From Bacteroidales bacterium (GTDB taxonomy: Bacteria; Bacteroidota; Bacteroidia; Bacteroidales; WCHB1-69): DNA of 64,000 nucleotides. The first letter of the stretch is position 1. Each line of letters opens with the position of its first letter. This document shows positions 55,089 through 62,738 of this stretch, piece by piece. The stretch spans positions 23,298 through 87,297 of the forward strand of contig JAGCUN010000024.1 in NCBI GenBank assembly GCA_017962845.1. The letters run 5' to 3'. Made by a program: the position numbers and the translations under genes. Under the pieces are notes generated by a model. It searched no databases and had not been told where the DNA came from. It worked only from the letters and a program-made list of their open reading frames with translations.

Positions 55089-56105
55089 TCACATCTTCTC
55101 CACCACCTTGTCCTTTACAGAAATCATCAGGCTGACGACCTTATCAAAAACTTTTCCTAATGCTATACGACGCAAAAATTCGATAAACGCACTCAGGACA
55201 CAAGCTATTACAATGACGATCACAAAACTCAGGAAGAAAAAGTCATCCCTGACCAAGAATACTTTGATAAGGAAACCGTGTATGATGTAAACGCTGAAAA
55301 CATAGTTGGCCAGCTTGTTGACGAAGGAACTATAAAAGGTTTTCTGCAAGAAACAATAAAACACACATATTGACGCTAGGAAAATAAACGCACTATTATC
55401 TCGGGCAAATTGCAGAAACACATGGTGTTTGACAAGAATTGACACCGCTGAATTCAGAGAAAAAATGATTGTAAAACACAGGATCATAAACAACACAGCG
55501 TGCTTCTTGATGATTTCAGGGAAACCGTACTTGGCAAGATAACGCCCTGTTAAATAAGCTAATAGCATATTGATAATGCCTTTCCCATTGTCTCCCAATA
55601 TCTCAGTGATAAAACACGTTGGAGCTATCACGAAAAACAATATCAGTGTCAATAATAAGGCTTTGAAGTGCATTTGTTTTATCGCCTCAACACCCTGATT
55701 GATGAATGGAGAGAGCGCATACAGAACGATATAACAGGTTATAAACCAATACTTTTTAGTACATACTGGGAAGATGCTTGACAACAGAACCTTATAATCT
55801 AACGGCCGATGCAATAGGGTTAGCTCCAGTATGTGAGTAGTTACCGAATAGAAAAAGATAATGGTTATCAGCGAAAACAATCGTTCCCATTTGAAGCGGA
55901 TACCATAGTATCCACTGATGAGAATGAAAATGGTTACGCCAGCATTAGCAAAGGTGTTCCATAGCAGGATAAATTCCGTTTTGAGAATGTCTTGCGTCTC
56001 AAAAAATGGCCTCAGTATATGCATGCCGATAATGCCGACAATGCACAACATTCTCAATAATTCAATATTTGAGTTTCTCTGAAGTGTTCTTACTTCTTCA
56101 CCCAT
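55089..56105 (-). CDS. acyltransferase family 3 membrane protein (O-acyl/acetyltransferase)
   Basis: 338 aa with about 10 TM segments. N-terminal NIELLRMLCIVGIIGMH is typical of acyltransferase_3. Confidence 0.75.
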   Translation of the reverse strand: MGEEVRTLQRNSNIELLRMLCIVGIIGMHILRPFFETQDILKTEFILLWNTFANAGVTIFILISGYYGIRFKWERLFSLITIIFFYSVTTHILELTLLHRPLDYKVLLSSIFPVCTKKYWFITCYIVLYALSPFINQGVEAIKQMHFKALLLTLILFFVIAPTCFITEILGDNGKGIINMLLAYLTGRYLAKYGFPEIIKKHAVLFMILCFTIIFSLNSAVSILVKHHVFLQFARDNSAFIFLASICVFYCFLQKTFYSSFVNKLANYVFSVYIIHGFLIKVFLVRDDFFFLSFVIVIVIACVLSAFIEFLRRIALGKVFDKVVSLMISVKDKVVEKM

Positions 56106-56117
56106 TTCGGTTGAAAA

Positions 56118-57122
56118 TTATTTGTATATCAATAGCTTAAAAGCCTTAAAAAGTATTTTGGGATTATACCACGGCAATTTTATGGATAAAATCTTTTGAA
56201 AATTCTTCTTGGAAATACAGCAAACAACCCAACGGCTGTACAATAACCCGCCCCAATCGGAACTTTTGAACTGCTGTTTTAAAATATTCTGCTGATACAA
56301 AAGTTCCAAATAATTCTTCTCTTTTTTAAACAATTCTGATGGATGCTGCGACTGACGACTACCATAGTGATAGAGCAAGAACGAATAGAGATGAAGGCTC
56401 ATCTCTTCGTCCGACAGCTCCCTGCCCCAAAAAGACTCCATGGCTGGACGGAAAATCCGTTTTTTGGTAGCTATCATATATTCTTCCTTATGAGCGGAAA
56501 TATTTCCCCCATGCCATCGGTATTTCATCAAGAATTGGGGGACGTTGGCAAACTTATACCCCTTAAGCATGAGCCGATGCCACAGTTCCAAATCCTCCGT
56601 GTCAACCATATCTGAACTATAGTGATTCTCTTTCAGCACATTGGCTTTGGCCATAACCGAGGGGTGAATGAATGGGCAAGAGAAGTAGGACAAACATTGG
56701 AGCAACTCTGGCGTATCAATGTTTTTGATTTTACCTGTTATTCTTCCTTCACCATCAATCCGGTACGCCCATGTGCCACAAACCGCAACTTCCGGGTGCC
56801 TTTTCATGAATTGTACTTGCTTCTCGAATCTTTTAGGTAGGCAGACATCATCTGCGTCCATGCGGGCTATAAAATCGCCATTGGCGAGGTCTATTCCTTT
56901 GTTCAGTGTTGCTATCAGTTTCAGATTTTGTTCATTTTCTATATACCTGATTCTCGGGTCATTATAGGATAATATAATATCCTTACTGCTATCGGTTGAA
57001 CCGTCGTTAATCAGCAGCAGTTCAAAACGAGTATAAGTTTGTGCCAGTACACTTTCTATAGCTTCACGCAAATATTTCTCACCGTTGTAAACGGGCATGA
57101 TGACGGAAATGAGAGGATCCAT
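56118..57122 (-). CDS. family 2 glycosyltransferase
   Basis: ISVIMPVYNGEKYL.EAIESVL.QTY..FELLLINDGSTD...ARMDADD. Confidence 0.8.
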   Translation of the reverse strand: MDPLISVIMPVYNGEKYLREAIESVLAQTYTRFELLLINDGSTDSSKDIILSYNDPRIRYIENEQNLKLIATLNKGIDLANGDFIARMDADDVCLPKRFEKQVQFMKRHPEVAVCGTWAYRIDGEGRITGKIKNIDTPELLQCLSYFSCPFIHPSVMAKANVLKENHYSSDMVDTEDLELWHRLMLKGYKFANVPQFLMKYRWHGGNISAHKEEYMIATKKRIFRPAMESFWGRELSDEEMSLHLYSFLLYHYGSRQSQHPSELFKKEKNYLELLYQQNILKQQFKSSDWGGLLYSRWVVCCISKKNFQKILSIKLPWYNPKILFKAFKLLIYK

Positions 57123-57126
57123 TTAT

Positions 57127-58209
57127 CTAGTTTTTATTTATCTCTTTGTAGTTCACCTTCCTTGATGGCTTATATTCTTCACCAATAAATGCCAAAACTT
57201 TGGGATGCACATTTGCACTATAATAGTCACATTCGATTGCTTCAGGGAAACCTTCAATTGCAGTGGAACAAATTGTGATTATTTTTTTAGGATGGACCCC
57301 CATCACCATTAAAATCTGGCTATTTACAGGTTTTGCAAATATTTTTACTTCAGGGAAATACTTCTTATAATTGAATGTATCTCTGGGATGTGTTTTGACA
57401 ATCATGTCCTTTTCGGAATAATTTTGGAATATTCCTTGTATAACAGATACATACTCAGCTTCTGTCATCCCACAGTCTTTACATAAGGGTTGTGAAAAGA
57501 AAAGATTAGGGCGACTCTGTAAGAGTAAAATATCTTCATTGGTAATATTGAAGCCTTTTCGGATAAAATCTTTCTTCACCTCTGATGCATCTGCCCATAA
57601 AGAATCCAACGATTTTATGTAAACTTTCTTCCCCTCCAATACTGGTGAAATGTTTTCTTCTGTCAAATATATTGTCTGACACTGTTTATTCTCTCCATGA
57701 TAATGAACATACAGATCACCAAATATAAATCGCTGGAGTCGGCCCCTAAAAGATCGGGCATGTTTCTGCTCCCGTTTATAGGCTGAACTATTCTTTTGCA
57801 CATTAAGTGTCATCCAATTAGGTGCATCAGCTAGTAATTTATATGGTCGGTTGCCTATGCACAAACTTACATAGGGTATATCATAGGCATAAATCTCAGC
57901 ATGCTTTAGAAAGGGGAAGCAATGGTATTTGAAAAAACGCAATTTGATCTTATTTGCCCTTTTCATGATTTTGTCATGAAAAGATTTATTGACATACTTG
58001 TACACCGAACAAGGCAAGCTATTGCACATTCTCTCTGGCACTGAATCGTTGAGAAAATAATAGGTGTGGTGAAAGACAATATCGTCGTCCATCAGCAGGA
58101 TATATTGCAAGAGCGGATATAAGTTAGGAGCCACACATACATGGGTGATTTCTTCATGCCCCACTTCCAAGTTCCCATCTTTAGATTTAGTAGACTTGGT
58201 ATTGTTCAT
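57127..58209 (-). CDS. orphan glycosyltransferase candidate with sialyltransferase-like (GT52-type) motifs
   Basis: 360 aa. The N-terminus VCVAPNLYPLLQYILLM resembles the GT52 start. LFFSQPLCKDCGMTEAEY is a degenerate D/E-D/E-G region. MIVKTHPRD is an HP motif. Located directly downstream of a CMP-ulosonic-acid cassette. Confidence 0.4.
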   Translation of the reverse strand: MNNTKSTKSKDGNLEVGHEEITHVCVAPNLYPLLQYILLMDDDIVFHHTYYFLNDSVPERMCNSLPCSVYKYVNKSFHDKIMKRANKIKLRFFKYHCFPFLKHAEIYAYDIPYVSLCIGNRPYKLLADAPNWMTLNVQKNSSAYKREQKHARSFRGRLQRFIFGDLYVHYHGENKQCQTIYLTEENISPVLEGKKVYIKSLDSLWADASEVKKDFIRKGFNITNEDILLLQSRPNLFFSQPLCKDCGMTEAEYVSVIQGIFQNYSEKDMIVKTHPRDTFNYKKYFPEVKIFAKPVNSQILMVMGVHPKKIITICSTAIEGFPEAIECDYYSANVHPKVLAFIGEEYKPSRKVNYKEINKN

Positions 58210-58233
58210 ATCACTAAAATTGTCATCAAACCA

Positions 58234-59076
58234 TTACCAGATTGTTCTTCCTCCATCAATTATCAATGTAGCCCCTGTCATATATGTGGCGGCATCAGAA
58301 ATCATATAAAGAATTGTACAGACATATTCGTCAGGATTGCTCATTCTGCCAAGAGGTATGAGGTTGCTGATTTTTGATACAAACTCATCATCCTGGCCAT
58401 TGTACAGGCTGGCTGGACATAATGTGTTAACACGAATCCCTTTGTTTGCCCAATATACTGCGAGATATTTTGTCAGACCAATTATTCCGTGCTTTACAAC
58501 AGAATATGACACGGGTTTAATGGTCTGTTGGTCTTCTGGCACACCCTCTTTTCTGTAAATTCTTTGGTCGGGTGCAATGATCCCATAATCCGATGAAATG
58601 TTCAATATAACACCACTTTGCTGTTTCTCCATTTGTTCACCGAAAACTTGTGCACAGAGAAAAGCTCCTGTAAGACCGACGGCCAAATCCTGATTCCAAA
58701 TATCCATAGGGAAATTATGGAATCGTGTCGCTCCCAGGTTCTTAGAGCCGCCTTCCACTTTTGGATTATTGGCTGCATTGTTGATTAACACGTCAATATG
58801 TCCATATTTTTGAAGCAGCAGTGTCCTAATGTTGATTAGTTCCTCCTTTTTTGTAATGTCAACCACAAAAGTTTCGACATTGATATCTTCTCCGTACTCA
58901 TCTTGAAGATCCTTTTTAACTTTGGCCATTCCTTCTGGGAAGATGTCAAGCAATACCGGAATGCCATCCCCTTCAAGAATGGCTTCCGAATGCTTCATGC
59001 CAATCAAGCCTCCACCTCCGGTAACTATACAGATTTTGTCCTTAACACTTAAACGATTCAAATAATGGTTTTTCAT
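58234..59076 (-). CDS. short-chain dehydrogenase/reductase (SDR)
   Basis: ICIVTGGGGLIG, NNAA, S...Y.VVKHG (YxxxK). 280 aa. 4-nt overlap with the upstream gene. Confidence 0.8.
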   Translation of the reverse strand: MKNHYLNRLSVKDKICIVTGGGGLIGMKHSEAILEGDGIPVLLDIFPEGMAKVKKDLQDEYGEDINVETFVVDITKKEELINIRTLLLQKYGHIDVLINNAANNPKVEGGSKNLGATRFHNFPMDIWNQDLAVGLTGAFLCAQVFGEQMEKQQSGVILNISSDYGIIAPDQRIYRKEGVPEDQQTIKPVSYSVVKHGIIGLTKYLAVYWANKGIRVNTLCPASLYNGQDDEFVSKISNLIPLGRMSNPDEYVCTILYMISDAATYMTGATLIIDGGRTIW

Positions 59077-60122
59077 ACAATATCCTCCATTTTAACAACA
59101 ACGTGATTTTTTCCAGATTCTTTAGCGGCCAATGCCATTCGTAAGCTGACAATTCCTTGTTGTAGGTTCATGTCTGGTTGTTTTCTGTTTTTTACACAAT
59201 CAAAGAAATCCTTAAGTTCTTCGATGAACATATCGTTTCTCACAAATTGTTGGAAACAAACTTCTTCTTTCAAAACGCCTTCAACATATAAAGAACATTT
59301 GGCTTTATTCAGATCCATATCCAAGTAGCCCTTCTCACCTACTATTTTCAATCTATGTGTAGGTGGAAATTGGAAAAAGTCAGTGTGAGAATATACAGGG
59401 ATAATTTTCCCTTGGTGTGTCTGGAAGGAAAACAATGACGAAGCAGCTCCTTCCACATCGATGTCAATACCGAATGTTTCTGGGACGGTTGTGCATACAG
59501 ATATCGGAATGCCTATCAGCCACTGAAGGTAATCAAAACAATGAATTTGCAAGTTGAGAATCGGCCCACCTCCCATATCTTTTTTCGCCATATAGGTTTG
59601 ACGATAATCCTCGTATGAATGCATCGTGGTAAGCCTTTCTCCAAACTCATTACTAACACTGAGCAGATTACCTAACATATCTTGAGCCAAAACAGTTTTG
59701 GCATATTGAATACACGGATGAAATCGATTTTGGAAGCCCATGTAGAAAACACAGTCTTTTTCACGAACGATATTCTCCAATTCTTGGATCCTATCAAAAT
59801 TATCAGACAGTGGTTTCTCCATAAAAATATCACAACCAGCTCGCACAGCTTCCATAGCACATTCTATATGCTTGGCTGTGATGTTCGTGATAAATACCAC
59901 ATTGGGTCTGTTTTGCAAGGCCTCGGAATAATCAGTAAAAACCTTGATGTTAAACTCCTCTTCAAGATTGACCCCGTCTCTGATTGTCATAGAGTCAGAG
60001 AAAGTGTGATTTAGTCGTCTAACTCGGTAAGCGGATATTTCAACATCTTCCCCAAATAATCGCCTAACATTTCTCAAGTGGCGTTGTCCGATGCTGCCTA
60101 AACCAACGAATAACAGTTTCAT
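59073..60122 (-). CDS. Gfo/Idh/MocA-family NAD(P)-dependent oxidoreductase
   Basis: MKLLFVGLGSIGQRHLRN, EKPL motif (FMEKPLSD). 349 aa. Confidence 0.75.
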   Translation of the reverse strand: MKLLFVGLGSIGQRHLRNVRRLFGEDVEISAYRVRRLNHTFSDSMTIRDGVNLEEEFNIKVFTDYSEALQNRPNVVFITNITAKHIECAMEAVRAGCDIFMEKPLSDNFDRIQELENIVREKDCVFYMGFQNRFHPCIQYAKTVLAQDMLGNLLSVSNEFGERLTTMHSYEDYRQTYMAKKDMGGGPILNLQIHCFDYLQWLIGIPISVCTTVPETFGIDIDVEGAASSLFSFQTHQGKIIPVYSHTDFFQFPPTHRLKIVGEKGYLDMDLNKAKCSLYVEGVLKEEVCFQQFVRNDMFIEELKDFFDCVKNRKQPDMNLQQGIVSLRMALAAKESGKNHVVVKMEDIV

Positions 60123-60916
60123 AACTTCACCTCATTTAGCGGTTTAAAATTATCTGCGAGATACGTATAAATATCATTATGAAGATTGACAGTGCGATAC
60201 TCCAGATATTCAATGTCTTTCATCGCATCAATGTCAACACCGCCCGGAACCACAAAGCCAATCATTCTATTTCCATGCAGAAGGTGATTCTCAATAATGA
60301 ATTTTGTTCGCAATAAATCGACATAACCATCTGGAATATAAACATCGGGAAAAGCCTGTCGGGGGTTGTTGGCTTCGTCCAAAGTCAGGCCTTCTTTTAT
60401 ACACTTAAAATATCCGTCTTCCCTCATATTAAACCATTTATATGGTGTATTCGAGGCGAGGTGAGCGGAACGAAGACTTGTCGCCTCTTCATCACCGCTC
60501 ATTCTCTGAATAGCATCAGATATCACATTTATTTCTCTTAATGGGTATGTAGGACGAAGATGTACGAAATGCTCTGGCAGGATCCCTTCATTATCAGCCA
60601 ACCAAGAAATAGCATGTTCCATAAATTCGAAATCTGTTGATCTATCCCCAGATATCTCGGCAGGACGGAGAAAAGGCACCTCGCCTCCATAATATTTTGC
60701 AACAGCGGCATAATAGTCAGAATCCGTAGATACGATTATTCGAGAGATGTCTTTAGTGAGTTTCGCCGCTGCAATAGCGTAAGCGAGAATCGGGTATCCT
60801 TTTAAGCATTTAAGATTCTTGTTCTTAACACCTTTGCTGCCTGAACGTGCAGGAACAATCGCATACGTGAGATTCTTCTTTATGCATGAGATATACTGAC
60901 TATTCATAAAAAACAC
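60119..60916 (-). CDS. acylneuraminate (CMP-ulosonic acid) cytidylyltransferase family protein
   Basis: AIVPARSGSKGVKNKNLK.L.G.P......AA.......I.VSTD. 265 aa. Possible start at 60907. Confidence 0.8.
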   Translation of the reverse strand: MFFMNSQYISCIKKNLTYAIVPARSGSKGVKNKNLKCLKGYPILAYAIAAAKLTKDISRIIVSTDSDYYAAVAKYYGGEVPFLRPAEISGDRSTDFEFMEHAISWLADNEGILPEHFVHLRPTYPLREINVISDAIQRMSGDEEATSLRSAHLASNTPYKWFNMREDGYFKCIKEGLTLDEANNPRQAFPDVYIPDGYVDLLRTKFIIENHLLHGNRMIGFVVPGGVDIDAMKDIEYLEYRTVNLHNDIYTYLADNFKPLNEVKL

Positions 60917-61393
60917 TTATTTTGAAGAAATAAAACGATAAAAATCACGAATAACACCTTCGCCTCCATTCTTGTCAGAAATCCAATCTGCGATGGCTAA
61001 AACTTCCTGAGCTGCATCTTTAGGTGCACCCTTGAATCCAACAATATTAAAGGCAGGCAAATCATTCAGATCATTTCCAATAAATGCAGTTCTTGAAAGA
61101 TCAAATCCTTTAGCAGAGCAATAACTTGAAATCACCTCTCCTTTATCAGAAACACCATGAATAACTTCAATATTAAGTTTCTTGGCTCTTTGTTCAACGA
61201 CTTTATTTTGTTCTGTTGATACGATAACTTGTGGAATCCCCATTTTTTTTATGTAGGAGACTCCCAAGCCATCGCCACGATTAGCAAAAACAGACTCTTT
61301 CCCATCTTCGGACACCAACACTCTGTTGTCTGTCATGACTCCGTCAAAGTCGTAAAAAATACACTCTAACGTATCCACATTGATTGTTGACAT
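60917..61393 (-). CDS. HAD-IIIA (KdsC/YrbI-type) ulosonate-phosphate phosphatase
   Basis: 158 aa. FYDFDGVMTDNRV, RGDGLGV, IGNDLNDL, GGEGVIRDF. Confidence 0.8.
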   Translation of the reverse strand: MSTINVDTLECIFYDFDGVMTDNRVLVSEDGKESVFANRGDGLGVSYIKKMGIPQVIVSTEQNKVVEQRAKKLNIEVIHGVSDKGEVISSYCSAKGFDLSRTAFIGNDLNDLPAFNIVGFKGAPKDAAQEVLAIADWISDKNGGEGVIRDFYRFISSK

Positions 61394-61398
61394 GGTTT

Positions 61399-62283
61399 TT
61401 AGTGTTTTCTGTATTTTAGTTTGTCACGTTGCACTTGTTCTATCGGCAATATATCTTCAGACTTGTAGTTGAGAGCTATGTATGTCTGCTCAAGATTCCT
61501 CTTGAGCTTCCTAATACCATCAGGCTCAAGAGAAGCTGCATGATCCGTACCTTTCCAGGTTCTATCCAATGTGTAGTGACGCTCTATAACGTTTGCTCCA
61601 AGTGTATAGGCCGCAATATCTATAGCGATTCCCAAATGATGCCCTGAGAATCCGATGGATTTTACCCGATTTTCATATTTTTCTTTCAATCGTTGTATTT
61701 CAAGGAGGCAAACGTCCTTAAAAGGCACAGGATAGCCGGACGTACAATCAAATATCACTAAATCTTTTGCTCGTCCATTCGCTTCAAACAATTGCACAAT
61801 CTTTTCTTCTTCCTCTCGAGTGGTCATGCCAAAAGAAAGTTGTATCTCTCCATTGTAGTTATCACACAACCATTGTAACATCTCATAATGAGTATTGCAA
61901 GCAGAGGGAATTTTAATGAATACAGGATTGAGGGATGCAATCTCTTTAGCACTTGTCATATCCCATACTGATGTTGAATAAATAATTCCTGCATCCTCAC
62001 ACCACTTTTTTAATTGAGCATGTTGTTCAACCGTGAATTCCAAAGCCTCGCGGTGCTCTCCATAAGTTTTTCCGTACGAGTTGATGGGATTGGGGTGTGG
62101 TGCATTGTATTGCTCTTCCGTAAGGAGTTCTTTAGGACAACGTTTTTGAAACTTTATTGCGTCTGCTTTACAGAAATGAGCAGCTGTTTCAATGAGATCC
62201 TTTGCGATCTCCATTTGTCCCATGTGATTGCATCCGGCTTCAGCAATCAAAAATGGTTTTTTGTATAATTCGTTGTTTTCCAT
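61399..62283 (-). CDS. NeuB-family (sialic/ulosonic acid) synthase without the C-terminal SAF domain
   Basis: 294 aa. PFLIAEAGCNHMGQMEIAKDLIETA...ADAIKFQK, KIPS, GFSGHH.G......A..LGA.VIERH.TLD. Confidence 0.8.
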   Translation of the reverse strand: MENNELYKKPFLIAEAGCNHMGQMEIAKDLIETAAHFCKADAIKFQKRCPKELLTEEQYNAPHPNPINSYGKTYGEHREALEFTVEQHAQLKKWCEDAGIIYSTSVWDMTSAKEIASLNPVFIKIPSACNTHYEMLQWLCDNYNGEIQLSFGMTTREEEEKIVQLFEANGRAKDLVIFDCTSGYPVPFKDVCLLEIQRLKEKYENRVKSIGFSGHHLGIAIDIAAYTLGANVIERHYTLDRTWKGTDHAASLEPDGIRKLKRNLEQTYIALNYKSEDILPIEQVQRDKLKYRKH

Positions 62284-62375
62284 AAAAATAATATATCTTT
62301 ATTCAGCCCTTAACGGCAGATTTTTAATTTGCAAAAGTACAACTTTTTCCGACACGAATGGCGGGGGAGAATGGC

Positions 62376-62498
62376 CTATTTGTGGTTCACTCGCACCAGC
62401 TCTTCGTACACGTAGGCCAGACAATCCGCAGATTCAATCACGCATGGCCCCTCAATAAATATTCGGTGTGTTGGTTCGGTCATATTTGTATTGTTCAT
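62376..62498 (-). pseudogene. 40-codon ORF resembling the N-terminus of a KDO8P/DAHP synthase (class I-beta). Either a truncated remnant or a leader ORF.
   Basis: MNNTNMTEPTHRIFIEGPCVIESADCLAYVYEELVRVNHK*. (I/L)xGPCxxES is the N-terminal motif of KdsA/AroG-type enzymes. It sits between a -7 box and the NeuB-like gene. Confidence 0.35.
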
Positions 62499-62509
62499 TT
62501 TGGGGAGTG

Positions 62510-62517
62510 CAAAGGTA
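62510..62517 (-). promoter_or_regulatory. -7 box TACCTTTG heading the minus-strand glycan arm
   Basis: Minus strand reads CGTACCTTTGCACTCC, 12 nt upstream of the 62498 ATG. Confidence 0.4.
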
Positions 62518-62738
62518 CGAAAAATTGGGGGAGGTATGAGGGTGTGTTGGGATAGTTAATAGGAAAACGTTAATAATTTCAATTTACTCTGGATGTGTGG
62601 CATCTTGCTGATCAATTATAGAATACTATCACACCTTTCAATAACAATCAAAGAACGAGAAAAGGTAGGGGTATTGTTTTGGGGGAGAGGGGAGTATTTA
62701 TTGATATAATAACCAACACACTAGTATTTACATAGCAA

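Noticed and set aside
62518-62738. 220-nt intergenic region between the glycan-arm promoter and the STAND-like gene end, examined for ncRNA, repeats or att sites.
   Set aside because: I found no convincing hairpins, direct or inverted repeats, or heptamer arrays. It looks like plain AT-rich spacer.
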